Source: Methanobacteriota archaeon (GTDB lineage: Archaea > Hydrothermarchaeota > Hydrothermarchaeia > Hydrothermarchaeales > JACRDW01). Taken from it: 43,536 nt of DNA. Each line of letters opens with the position of its first letter. The first letter of the stretch is position 1. The notes below the pieces were generated by a model that saw only the letters and a program-made list of their open reading frames with translations, had not been told where the DNA came from and did no database searches. The DNA lies in assembly GCA_043820925.1 (NCBI GenBank), contig JBDRDL010000020.1, positions 1 through 43,536 on the forward strand, read 5' to 3'. A program made the position numbers and the translations under genes. Below are positions 28,923 through 39,170 of the stretch, one piece after another.

Positions 28923-29341
28923 AGATAACTGTGGATACGAATGTCCTGATATCGGCTACTTTCTGGCTGGGCAATCCGCATAGAATAATCAAGAAAGTAG
29001 AGGAAGGAAAACTTGAACTTGTTTTATCTGCCGAGATTCTGGAGGAATTTGAAGAAATAATGGGGCAGGATAAATTTCAATTGAAACTTAAAAATATTAA
29101 TGCTACTGTTAGCGAAGTCGTGAGCAAGTTAACGGAGATGTCGGAAATTGTCGAAATAAGCGGCAAGATAAGGGCAGTTGAGGCAGACCCTGATGATGAT
29201 AAGGTTCTGGAGTGCGCGGTAAACGGTAAAGTAGATTTCATAGTTTCCGGAGACAGGCATCTATTGGAAATGGAGGAGTATCGAGGAATTAGAATAGTTA
29301 CCGCAAGAGAAATGCTAAAACTCATGGAAGGTGCTGAATGA
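28919..29341 (+). CDS. PIN-family toxin (TIGR00305-like)
   Basis: VDTNVLISA, DPDDDKVLECA and IVSGDRHLL motifs. Confidence 0.92.
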   Translation: MKITVDTNVLISATFWLGNPHRIIKKVEEGKLELVLSAEILEEFEEIMGQDKFQLKLKNINATVSEVVSKLTEMSEIVEISGKIRAVEADPDDDKVLECAVNGKVDFIVSGDRHLLEMEEYRGIRIVTAREMLKLMEGAE

Positions 29342-29347
29342 CGGCTC
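29316..29347 (+). repeat. Second copy of the 32-bp direct repeat (tail 5)
   Basis: TAAAACTCATGGAAGGTGCTGAATGACGGCTC. Confidence 0.92.
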
Positions 29348-29366
29348 TCCCCACATATTATGCAAA

Positions 29367-29735
29367 TTACAACTCAGTATATTTTTTATACTTGCCCTTG
29401 GTCTTCTTGATTGGGTAGTTTCTAGAGCTAATTTCAATTTTATCTAAAAGCGCCTTAGATATATCAATGTCCAGGGCGTTAGAGAGTGCAAAGCAGTAGT
29501 TAATCACGTCTGCGAGTTCTTTCTCGACGCTGGCAAAATATTTTGGGTCTTTCAAAAGTTCGTCTATTTCGTCTTCGCTTTTCCATTGAAATAATTCTAA
29601 GAGTTCTGCAGCCTCAATGGAAATCGAAAGCGCCAAGTCCTTTGGCTTATGGTATTTGCCCCAGTCTCTTTCGTCTCTAAATTTTTTGATGGCTTCTTTA
29701 AGATTCCCAACAGTTTTTTCATTATCCAAGGGCAT
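29367..29735 (-). CDS. MazG-like nucleotide pyrophosphohydrolase
   Basis: ERDW..YHKPKDLA...EAAELLELFQW and ELADV motifs. Confidence 0.9.
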   Translation of the reverse strand: MPLDNEKTVGNLKEAIKKFRDERDWGKYHKPKDLALSISIEAAELLELFQWKSEDEIDELLKDPKYFASVEKELADVINYCFALSNALDIDISKALLDKIEISSRNYPIKKTKGKYKKYTEL

Positions 29736-29809
29736 TATAAAGAATTGATAGATTCAAGTAATTATTTTTTTCGTCTAATATCCTCTGCCCAGTCATCGGC
29801 AAATATTAA

Positions 29810-31234
<1,425 letters not shown>

Positions 31235-31248
<14 letters not shown>

Positions 31249-31636
31249 TTGGTTTGAACTTGAAGCCGTAGTGAATGAGCCCTGCTTCGCCGTCTTCCTG
31301 TATCTTCCTGAAAACGCTCTCCACTTGCATACCGATTTTTATCTCGTCCAGCTCGCAGTCTACAATCTGAGTGGTTAAACTCGGACCTTCGTCCAGCTTG
31401 ACTATCGCCATTATGTATGGCGTTTGAGTATCGAAGCCTTTAGGAGCGGAGTGAATCACGGTATATGTCACAACCTCTCCCTTTCCCTGAAGCTTGAATT
31501 TTTCTATCTTGCTCATCCTCCTGCACTTCGGGCAGAGGTTGCGTGGGGGGAAATAAACCCTATTGCAATTGCTGCACTTCGTTCCTATTAGATTGTATCT
31601 GCTCTGAATATTTCTCCAGAATCTTGGTATGCTCAT
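31235..31636 (-). CDS. DUF35 Zn-ribbon/OB-fold protein (thiolase/HMGS scaffold)
   Basis: CSNC...FPPR..CPKC; downstream of thiolase. Confidence 0.92.
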
Positions 31637-31643
31637 GCCACCC

Positions 31644-32798
31644 TCACCCCTTCTCAAATATGTGCACGACTGCAGTACCTCCGCTTCCTCCAACATTGTG
31701 CGTTAGACCTGCATCTGCATCTACCTGGCGCTTTCCTGCTTCTCCTCTGAGCTGAAGCACAACTTCTACTGCCTGCGCTACTCCAGTTGCTCCCACTGGA
31801 TGTCCCTTCGCTTTAAGACCTCCAGAAGTATTTACAGGTATCTTACCGCCTATCTTAGTAATACCGTCTTCGGTTGCCTTTCCACCTTTTCCTGTATCCA
31901 CAAAGCCCAGTCCTTCGATTGCTAGAATTTCTCCTATCGTAAAAGCGTCGTGGACTTCTGCAACGTCAATATCGTTCGGCGATTTTCTTGCCATTTTATA
32001 AGCCATCTTACCCGCATTCACGGTTGCATCAATAACAGTAATCCTCTCCCTATCGTGCAGAGATATTGTGCTTGAAGCCTGACCGCTGCCGGTTATATAA
32101 ACTGGCGAATCTGTAAATTCTTTAGCTTTCTTTTCAGAGGCAAGTATAACGCAGGCTGCACCATCAGTAATCGGCGAGCAATCAAGAAGGCGGAGAGGGT
32201 CGGCCACCATTGGAGAGCGAAGCACATCTTCTACAGAAATCTCAAACTGAAACTGCGCATACTTGTTGTGCTTTGCATTGCTGTGGTTTTTAACAGAAAC
32301 CAGAGCAAGCTGCTCTCTCGTAGTGCCGAACTCGTGTATGTGGCGGCGGGCTATCATCGCATATAAGCCCGGGAAAGTCATTCCCAGAAAAGCTTCCCAC
32401 TCCTGGTCCGCTGCAGTTGCAAGCGTCTGTGTAGTCTGCTCAGTTAAAATGTCTGTCATCTTTTCAACCCCACCAGCGACCACAATGTCGTGAAAACCTG
32501 AGATTATGGACATCGCACCTTGGCGCAGGGCTAAGCCTCCAGAAGCGCAGGCAGCTTCAATCCTTGTGGATGGTACTGAGTTTAAACCTGCGTGGTCTGC
32601 GATTAGCGCTGAAGCGTGCTCTTGGTCTATGAAGCGCCCGGCGCTCATGTTGCCCACGAAAATTGCGTCTATGTCTCCGCCGTCTATGCCCGCATCTTCT
32701 ATAGCTTTCGCTCCTGCTTCTACGAAAAGGTTGCTGAATGAAGTTTCCCACTGCTCCCCGAATTTAGTTAATCCTACTCCAATTATCGCTACCCTCAT
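31644..32798 (-). CDS. Acetoacetyl-CoA thiolase (archaeal)
   Basis: EAACASG, EVHDAF and KGHPVGATG motifs. Confidence 0.95.
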   Translation of the reverse strand: MRVAIIGVGLTKFGEQWETSFSNLFVEAGAKAIEDAGIDGGDIDAIFVGNMSAGRFIDQEHASALIADHAGLNSVPSTRIEAACASGGLALRQGAMSIISGFHDIVVAGGVEKMTDILTEQTTQTLATAADQEWEAFLGMTFPGLYAMIARRHIHEFGTTREQLALVSVKNHSNAKHNKYAQFQFEISVEDVLRSPMVADPLRLLDCSPITDGAACVILASEKKAKEFTDSPVYITGSGQASSTISLHDRERITVIDATVNAGKMAYKMARKSPNDIDVAEVHDAFTIGEILAIEGLGFVDTGKGGKATEDGITKIGGKIPVNTSGGLKAKGHPVGATGVAQAVEVVLQLRGEAGKRQVDADAGLTHNVGGSGGTAVVHIFEKG

Positions 32799-32814
32799 TT
32801 TCAATCTACTCCTT

Positions 32815-33038
32815 TTTTAAACGTCTGAAAATTTGCTTCGCAAATTTTCTACGTTTGAAGACGTCGTGTCTTGATCCACATTGTACTTGCACTCGCTTTG
32901 TAGAAGCGAGAGCACGAGGCGTCGCTCATGCTTTCGTTCCTTCGGAACGAGTGCTTCGCAAGTAATTTTCCCCCAGCGGTAGCTGGGCGCCATGCCATTG
33001 CGCTTGCTTACGCAAGGGCTTTTTTCAAAAGGGCTCAT
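32815..33038. repeat. Palindromic mini-element cluster inside the HMGS-thiolase operon
   Basis: Family D hairpin AACGTCTGAAAATTTGC...GCAAATTTTCTACGTT, GTCGTGTCTTGATCCAC, TCGTTCCTTCGGAACGA, CTTGCTTACGCAAG and GGGCTTTTTTCAAAAGGGCTC. Confidence 0.8.
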
Positions 33039-33040
33039 TT

Positions 33041-34081
33041 TCACACCTTCATCTGTCTTCTAAGCTTAACATAAATTGCATAGTCTATGTATTTTCTGTC
33101 GTTTACAAATTCCTCTACTGAAGGAGCCTTACCTCTCCTCTTTTTTATTTGCTCCTCCACGACAACGCTGAAGGAATCGCTTCCAGCGCCTGAACCAAAA
33201 GAGGTAAGCAATATTCTCTCCCCTGGCTCGGCTATATCCAAAATTTTCGCAAAGCCGAGTATCGAAGAGCCGGAGTATAAATTTCCAACCCTATCCACCA
33301 AGATTCCGTCCTCAATTTGCTCTGCAGTAAAACCGAGCATGCCTGCTACCTTTCTCGGAAATTTGCCATTTGGCTGATGAAATACAGCGTAGTCAAAATC
33401 TTCTGGCTTAAGCTTCAGCTTGTTCATCAAACCTTTCGAAGCATTAAAAACGTGCTTGAAGTAAGCTGGTGAACCTGTAAATCTACCTCCGTGGCTGGGA
33501 TAATTCTGCCCTTCTCTGCGCCAGAAGTCGGGCGTATCTGTGGTATATGAGAGAGTTCCCTCAAACCTCGCTATCACACTTCCTTTGCCTATTATGAATG
33601 CAGCACCGCCTGCGGAAGCGGTATACTCCAGAGCGTCTCCCGGCGCTCCTTGCGCAGTGTCGCTGCCTATCGCTAAGCCGTACTTTATCATTCCAGAAGA
33701 TGCGAGACCCATGCAAGTCTGAATCGCAGCAGTGCCAGCTTTACACGCAAATTCGTAGTCAGCTGCGGTAGCTTCGAGGTTAGCCTCTATAGCTTCCGCA
33801 ACTATCGTAGCAGTCGGTTTAACAGCATAGGGATGGCTTTCAGAACCGACATAAATAGCACCGATCTCCTTTGGATTTATGCCTGACATCTTCAGGGCAT
33901 TCCTCGCAGCTTCGACTGCTATCGTAGATGTATCTTCATCTAAGCTGGGAACTGTCTTTTCTGAAATTTTCAGCTCACGCTTAATGCTTTCTCCATCGTC
34001 GCCCCATATCCTGGCTATCTCCTCAACCTTAATCCTGTACCTCGGCACGTAAATTCCGTAGCCTGCAATTCCGACGTTCAA
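33041..34081 (-). CDS. Hydroxymethylglutaryl-CoA synthase
   Basis: [24 protein letters not shown] and SFGSGAG motifs. Confidence 0.96.
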   Translation of the reverse strand: MNVGIAGYGIYVPRYRIKVEEIARIWGDDGESIKRELKISEKTVPSLDEDTSTIAVEAARNALKMSGINPKEIGAIYVGSESHPYAVKPTATIVAEAIEANLEATAADYEFACKAGTAAIQTCMGLASSGMIKYGLAIGSDTAQGAPGDALEYTASAGGAAFIIGKGSVIARFEGTLSYTTDTPDFWRREGQNYPSHGGRFTGSPAYFKHVFNASKGLMNKLKLKPEDFDYAVFHQPNGKFPRKVAGMLGFTAEQIEDGILVDRVGNLYSGSSILGFAKILDIAEPGERILLTSFGSGAGSDSFSVVVEEQIKKRRGKAPSVEEFVNDRKYIDYAIYVKLRRQMKV

Positions 34082-34093
34082 CTCGTATCACCC

Positions 34094-34197
34094 CATAGCC
34101 CTTTCTTTAGAAAAGAAAGTGCTATCATCCCAAAGAAACTATGTGCTATCGGAGTGAAGCGGAGATAGCAATGATGATCAACCTTTCTGAAGGTTGC
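34094..34197. repeat. Hairpin cluster (family G-like)
   Basis: ATAGCCCTTT...AAAGTGCTATCA.CCCAAA resembles 626-660; TATCACCCC/TATCATCCC flank the hairpin. Confidence 0.65.
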
Positions 34198-34199
34198 GT

Positions 34200-34901
34200 T
34201 CAACTCGTACCCCTCCTTAATTCTCTGATTAATTCATCCACGCTTTCTATTTTTGAGAGCACCACAGGAATTTTCTCCTTTTCCGCTATTTTTATTCCGA
34301 GTGCATCAACGCTTCTCAGCCCGTGCAGCACAACCAAGCCTGGCTTTATGCTTGAAACCCTTATCGCAACGAAAGGCGATCTTCCGCTCGAAACCCTTGT
34401 GAAAACAAGCGCTCTCTCCGAGGTTGAGCCGTAGAGCTTTAAAAATCCATCGCTGTCCAGCTCCAGAATCGCCTTCGGGCTGTCTACAGCTGTGTAGCCG
34501 TAGATATTCTTGCTTAAAAGCTTTTCGTTTGCAATAGCAGTGCCTTTAACAATCCTGCATACTTCTCTGGCTTTGATTGGGGAGGTAAACTCCTGCATGT
34601 CCAGTATTGCGTTCGTCTTGGCGCCGCCGATTCTCTCGTAAGCACGCAGCACCTGCGAGCCCTTTTCTTCGTCGCTCTCAATCAGCGCATCCACTACCTT
34701 CTTTATCATTCCTGCCCCGGGAGACTTTCTTCTTCCACTTTCATAGTCGCTTATAACAGATGCTGAGATTCCGAGGCTGTCGGCTAGACTGCTCTGCGTA
34801 ACCTCAAAAATCTCTCTCCACTTTCTTATAGCCTTGCTCGGCTCTTTGGACAGAACAATCTCTCCAGCAATTTTTATTGACAGCTCTCCCTTAATTCCCA
34901 T
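34200..34901 (-). CDS. XRE-family HTH transcriptional regulator (archaeal)
   Basis: TQSSLA..LGISASVISDYESGRRKSPG HTH; GRSP motif. Confidence 0.88.
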   Translation of the reverse strand: MGIKGELSIKIAGEIVLSKEPSKAIRKWREIFEVTQSSLADSLGISASVISDYESGRRKSPGAGMIKKVVDALIESDEEKGSQVLRAYERIGGAKTNAILDMQEFTSPIKAREVCRIVKGTAIANEKLLSKNIYGYTAVDSPKAILELDSDGFLKLYGSTSERALVFTRVSSGRSPFVAIRVSSIKPGLVVLHGLRSVDALGIKIAEKEKIPVVLSKIESVDELIRELRRGTS

Positions 34902-35030
34902 TTTTCAACGCCTGCAAATTTGCATTCGTTCCGTAGAAACGAGATTTCGTCATATTGCGGAATAGCATGAGCGACTCTCATGCGTTCGCTTCTTCGAAGC
35001 GAGTGCTTTGCAAAATTTGCTGCGTTGGAG
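34902..35030. repeat. Family D hairpin split by a nested composite with a collapsed A core (34945-34962)
   Basis: TCAACGCCTGCAAATTTGC...GCAAAATTTGCTGCGTTGG encloses GAGATTTCGTCATATTGCGGAATAGCATGAGCGACTCTCATGC. Confidence 0.75.
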
Positions 35031-35078
35031 TATTTAATCTTTTCGTCAAAAAGTATATATATGATAGACTATTGTCGA

Positions 35079-35178
35079 TTTTCAACGTCTGAAATTTTTG
35101 CCGAAGGCAAAAATTTCTACGTTGAGAGATAAGTTGACGTAGGTGGTCTGAATGCTGGTATATACGACCACCTACGTC
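35079..35178. repeat. Family D hairpin plus a perfect 13-bp inverted repeat upstream of tRNA-Pro
   Basis: TCAACGTCTGAAATTTTTGCC GAA GGCAAAAATTTCTACGTTGA; GACGTAGGTGGTC (35136-35148) and GACCACCTACGTC (35166-35178). Confidence 0.82.
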
Positions 35179-35186
35179 TGTGTTCT

Positions 35187-35261
35187 GGGGCTGTGGGGTA
35201 GCCTGGTCTATCCTCGTGGCTTCGGGAGTCATGGACCCCGGTTCAAATCCGGGCAGCCCCA
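35187..35261 (+). tRNA. tRNA-Pro(CGG)
   Basis: Acceptor stem GGGGCTG/CAGCCCC, anticodon loop TTCGGGA, GGTTCAAATCC T-arm. Confidence 0.95.
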
Positions 35262-35306
35262 TTTCATTCAAAAATTTTATAAAAGGCAAAGTATATCAGG
35301 AATTCT

Positions 35307-35756
35307 ATGGACTTGAAAAAAGAGCTCAAAGAAACTGTGCTGTACATCGTCATCGGAATAGTACTGGCATACGGCATAAATACGGGCCTGGGATATGCCT
35401 TGGACACGGACAAGCCTGTAATGGCTGTAGTTTCAAGCAGCATGGAGCCAACTTTTTACAAGGGCGACTTGGTCGTGGTGAGGGGGATAGAGCCTGAAAA
35501 AATCGCAGTGGGGGACGTGATAGTTTACCACAACCCATTCCGTGGAGTGTCCGTGGTGCACAGGGTCGTAGAAATTAAAAAAATAAATTCAGGGCTGTAC
35601 TTCTACACCAAGGGAGACAACAGTATAACAAATCAGCTCTCTGACCAAGAATCTGGCATCGCTCCACCGATAAGGGAAGAGTGGATTAAGGGGAGGCTCA
35701 TCTTGGTAATACCAAAGCTCGGCTGGTTCAGAGTTGCGCTTTCCAATTTGTCCTAG
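35307..35756 (+). CDS. Signal peptidase I (Sec11-type)
   Basis: VSSSMEP, GD, VHRV and TKGDN motifs. Confidence 0.93.
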   Translation: MDLKKELKETVLYIVIGIVLAYGINTGLGYALDTDKPVMAVVSSSMEPTFYKGDLVVVRGIEPEKIAVGDVIVYHNPFRGVSVVHRVVEIKKINSGLYFYTKGDNSITNQLSDQESGIAPPIREEWIKGRLILVIPKLGWFRVALSNLS

Positions 35757-37064
35757 CTATCTCAGCGTTCCTCCAATACCCTTGAGAATTTTTTTCACAT
35801 TTTCAAAATCGAAATCAAAAGCCTCGACCCTGAATGTTATGCTTTTCCTGCCCTGCGGCACTTGCTTCCCCTTGTAGGTATCGATAATCGAGCAGGATAT
35901 TACCCTTCCATCGCAAGCCTCGATTATTTTTTTTATTATTTCTTCATCTGCATTCTCGGGCAGTAATACAGAGAAATCTCTCTTCGTTCCGGGCAGGTTT
36001 TTCAGCTTCCACCGCCTCAAAAAATCGCTGCCAAGCAGCTCGACGTTTGAAAGTTTTAAAGCTACTTCTTTTCCAGACGGAGTCAGCAAAACCACGCTGT
36101 CTGCATCGATGCCCTTCACTTTGCCGACGTGTACGGCACCTGAGTATATGTGCTTCAGAGCTACTTCCTTATTGATTGATTCGCCCAATTTTTTGAGCTC
36201 TTCAGTCAAAGCTAATATCGCCTTGTCGCTTCTGCCCATGCATGCGTCTATATCGCCTATATGCTTAGCTGCATTTGTCATTATTTTAGCAAACGCAGCC
36301 GTGTCTTTTTTTGCAACTACGTCTCGTAACACCTGCGCCTGTCTTACGAAACTCTTGTGAACTTTTTTTACGACAGGATTGTGCATCTGTATCGAAGCGT
36401 ATAACTGGGGCGACTGACCTACTATGCGGGCTATTAAATCCAGCATCAGCCCGTATATAGGAGAGGCAAAATTCTTCGAGTAGCGAACATCTACATTCAG
36501 CTCCCTTAGAGTTGCTGCGGTTGCTATGTACGCAAAGTGCGTTAAACCCTGAACGACGCCCATTATCCTGTCGTGCTCCTCGGGCGTGGTTATGAAAACC
36601 TTTGCCTTTTGATTTTTCAGGAAGTCAAGCAAAAATCTATCCCATTTTTTTGTCCTTATCGGAGTAACGATGAAGGTCAGACCTTCTATCGAAGTAATTC
36701 TGGGCCCAAACATTGGATGCGTGCCAATGATTTCAACGTTGCGCCTCGCAAATTTCTTCATTGCTCTGCACGGTTCTACTTTTACCGACGTAACGTCCAT
36801 AAGCAGGCTCCCTGGCTTTACGTGAGGCGCAACCTGCTTTATAACCTCGACAGTATTCTCGATGTAAACCGAGATTATCACCACATCGCTCTCTTGTGCA
36901 GCTTTTACATTGTCTCTTGTAAATTCTACGCCAAGCTCTTTTGCAACCTTCTCACCCTTCGCAGCGTCTCTCCCGGTGATAACGACGTCATGCCCCTCCT
37001 CTTTAAAAAGCCTTGCAAAAATCCTGCCGAATTCGCCAGAGCCGCCGATGATTGCAATCCTCAT
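35757..37064 (-). CDS. tyrA: Prephenate dehydrogenase with a C-terminal extension
   Basis: IIGGSGEFG, DVTSVK, THPMFGP and EHDRIMG..QGLTH motifs. Confidence 0.92.
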   Translation of the reverse strand: MRIAIIGGSGEFGRIFARLFKEEGHDVVITGRDAAKGEKVAKELGVEFTRDNVKAAQESDVVIISVYIENTVEVIKQVAPHVKPGSLLMDVTSVKVEPCRAMKKFARRNVEIIGTHPMFGPRITSIEGLTFIVTPIRTKKWDRFLLDFLKNQKAKVFITTPEEHDRIMGVVQGLTHFAYIATAATLRELNVDVRYSKNFASPIYGLMLDLIARIVGQSPQLYASIQMHNPVVKKVHKSFVRQAQVLRDVVAKKDTAAFAKIMTNAAKHIGDIDACMGRSDKAILALTEELKKLGESINKEVALKHIYSGAVHVGKVKGIDADSVVLLTPSGKEVALKLSNVELLGSDFLRRWKLKNLPGTKRDFSVLLPENADEEIIKKIIEACDGRVISCSIIDTYKGKQVPQGRKSITFRVEAFDFDFENVKKILKGIGGTLR

Positions 37065-37126
37065 GTCTTCACCCTTTAATTTACAGTTTATATAAGTTTT
37101 TATATTATCCGAGTGATTTGATAAGC

Positions 37127-37627
37127 ATGAAAAACATCGTCTTAACTGGCTTCATGGGGGCAGGTAAGAGCTCGGTCGGCAGGAGGCTTGCAGAAAAGCT
37201 CGGGATGGGTGTCGTTGATACAGACGACCTCGCAGAGCGCAGCGCAGGCATGAAGATTTCAGAGATATTCGCAAAGCACGGAGAGCCGCACTTCAGGGAG
37301 CTCGAGAAGAAAGCTGTTGCGGAGGTATCGAAGCTTGAGAACCATGTTATAATCACAGGTGGAGGCGTTGTTCTGAATGAAGAGAACATGAAAAACCTTC
37401 GCAAGAATGGGATTATCGTTTACCTGCACGCCAAGCCAGAAGTTTTATACGAGAGAGTCAAAAACGAAATTCATCGCCCGCTTTTACAGGTGAAAGAACC
37501 GATGAAGAAAATCAAAGAGCTGCTCGAATTCAGGGCGCCTTTCTACGCAGACAACGACTTTATGATCGATGCCTCCGAGCTTACCGTGGAGGAAGTAGTA
37601 GAGGAAATTTTGAAGAAATTAGGATGA
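37127..37627 (+). CDS. aroK: Shikimate kinase, bacterial-type P-loop family
   Basis: GFMGAGKS, DTD, GEPHFRELE, GGG and RPLL motifs. Confidence 0.93.
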   Translation: MKNIVLTGFMGAGKSSVGRRLAEKLGMGVVDTDDLAERSAGMKISEIFAKHGEPHFRELEKKAVAEVSKLENHVIITGGGVVLNEENMKNLRKNGIIVYLHAKPEVLYERVKNEIHRPLLQVKEPMKKIKELLEFRAPFYADNDFMIDASELTVEEVVEEILKKLG

Positions 37628-37687
37628 TTCACAGATATGCAAAAATTTATATACTTGGTATTAATATGCTATTTATACGGTGTTAAT

Positions 37688-37921
37688 ATGGTGCAGGCGC
37701 TGGTAAATATTGACGAAAGAGCGAATAGGATTTTAAACGTAATTAAAGCCAAATATGGGCTGCGCGATAAGTCAGACGCCATCAACGTAATGGCAATCGA
37801 ATATGAAAAAGAGCTTCTTGAGCCAGAACTTCGACCAAAGTTTGTCGAGAAGATGAAGAAGCGGCAGAAAGAGAAAACTGTCAGAATAACTAATTTTGCA
37901 AAACACTACGGACTAGAGTGA
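37688..37921 (+). CDS. DUF2683-like antitoxin
   Basis: MVQALVNI...LNVIKAKYGLRDKS..I...LEPELRP pattern. Confidence 0.8.
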   Translation: MVQALVNIDERANRILNVIKAKYGLRDKSDAINVMAIEYEKELLEPELRPKFVEKMKKRQKEKTVRITNFAKHYGLE

Positions 37922-37922
37922 C

Positions 37923-38194
37923 ATGTACTCGCTTGAAGTCAGAGAAAGTGTCGACAGAATATTCTTGAAGCTGTCGAAAAAGAGCCCAAAGCAAATGCTC
38001 ATTATAAACAAGAAAACTCTCAGAGCACCGATGCAGAATTTAAGAAGGGTGCACGTAGACAGGAGTTTTGTTCTGGTTTACTCGGTCGACGAGAAAAATA
38101 AAGTTGTAATTATTGAGGATTATGAGCATCATACCGTTAGGTAGGTGCGCAAGACTCACGGTCTTGCTTCGCAAATGACAAAGTGTACAGGTAA
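37923..38194 (+). pseudogene. RelE/YafQ-like toxin interrupted by a family B element
   Basis: EDYEHH, then a 44-bp insert with a stop at 38142-38144, then DKVYR* at 38177-38194. Confidence 0.8.
38132..38174 (+). repeat. Family B element
   Basis: TACCGTTAGGTAGGTGCGCAAGACTCACGGTCTTGCTTCGCAA. Confidence 0.88.
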
Positions 38195-38318
38195 TGCTAT
38201 CATCTATTTTGCTCCAGCACGCAATACTTCTCAACTTCCTTGGTCGCTCTACCGCACTTGTATCTCGTAATTCCGTCGCAGTAGTTTAAAGGAATGCTGC
38301 ACTTCATGCATTTATCGT

Positions 38319-39170
38319 TCATTTTTTAAGCTCCTTCAGCACAGCTCTTCGCATCAGCTCTACCGGCGCATCGATGCCTAACCAAATTCTCTCAGACTCA
38401 GCGCCCTGATTCACAAACATCTCAATGCCGCCTATTGTTTTTGCTCCTGCTTTCTTTGCTTCTTTGAGCAGCTTCGTCTCCAGCGGGTTGTAAACAATAT
38501 CCATTACGACAAGACCTTTTCGTAGCACGTCCCTTGTAACAAGAGTTTCGTTTGTTTTTGGATGCATGCCCACGGGAGTGCAGTGGATTAAAATATCTGC
38601 TTTTGCGATTTCTTCCTTTTTTGTTTCATCGGTCATCATTTTGCCGGCTGCTCTGATTTTTGTTCCTTTGTTAATGTCATCAACGAGCTTTCTGAGCTCT
38701 TCTTTGACAACGCCGAGGATGGTAAGCGAGGCAATTTCTCCTTTCAGCGCAAGGGTAATGGCAATCGCCCTCGCAGCTCCGCCTGAGCCGAGTATGAGAA
38801 TATTTTTTCCATTCGGGTCTGCGCTGCTGCTTCGAAGCGCCCGCAAAGCGCCGTAGCCGTCTGTATTGTAGCCTGTGAGTTTTTCTCCGAATTTTATTGT
38901 ATTTACTGCGCCAATTATCCTCGCTTCCTCTGAAAGTTTGTCAAGAAAATCAATTACATTGACTTTATGTGGAATCGTAATATTGGCACCGCCGAAATCC
39001 ATCGCCCTCATGCCTTTTATTGCGCTGCCCAAGTTTTCTGGAGCGACTCTGAAGGCAGCGTATGCGCAGTTGAGCCCGAGTTTTTTGAAAACTGCATTGT
39101 GCATCATAGGCGAAAGAGAATGCTCTATAGGGTCGCCTATCACGCAAAAAAAAATTGTCCTTGCATCCAT
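38319..39170 (-). CDS. aroE: Shikimate dehydrogenase
   Basis: HSLSP, NITIPHK, AVNT, NTDG, GSGGAA and DIVYNP motifs. Confidence 0.96.
   Translation of the reverse strand: MDARTIFFCVIGDPIEHSLSPMMHNAVFKKLGLNCAYAAFRVAPENLGSAIKGMRAMDFGGANITIPHKVNVIDFLDKLSEEARIIGAVNTIKFGEKLTGYNTDGYGALRALRSSSADPNGKNILILGSGGAARAIAITLALKGEIASLTILGVVKEELRKLVDDINKGTKIRAAGKMMTDETKKEEIAKADILIHCTPVGMHPKTNETLVTRDVLRKGLVVMDIVYNPLETKLLKEAKKAGAKTIGGIEMFVNQGAESERIWLGIDAPVELMRRAVLKELKK

Noticed and set aside
26519..29347. Classical integron or CALIN with attC sites
   Set aside because: I could not find RYYYAAC...GTTRRRY-bounded hairpins between the cassettes, and no IntI is present. The separators are coding-derived direct repeats. 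An IntegronFinder run would settle it.
32817..33044. Short ORFs over repeat clusters (also 15978-16292, 21867-22268, 34978-35289, 41031-41480)
   Set aside because: They overlap palindromic clusters or tRNAs and show no protein motifs.
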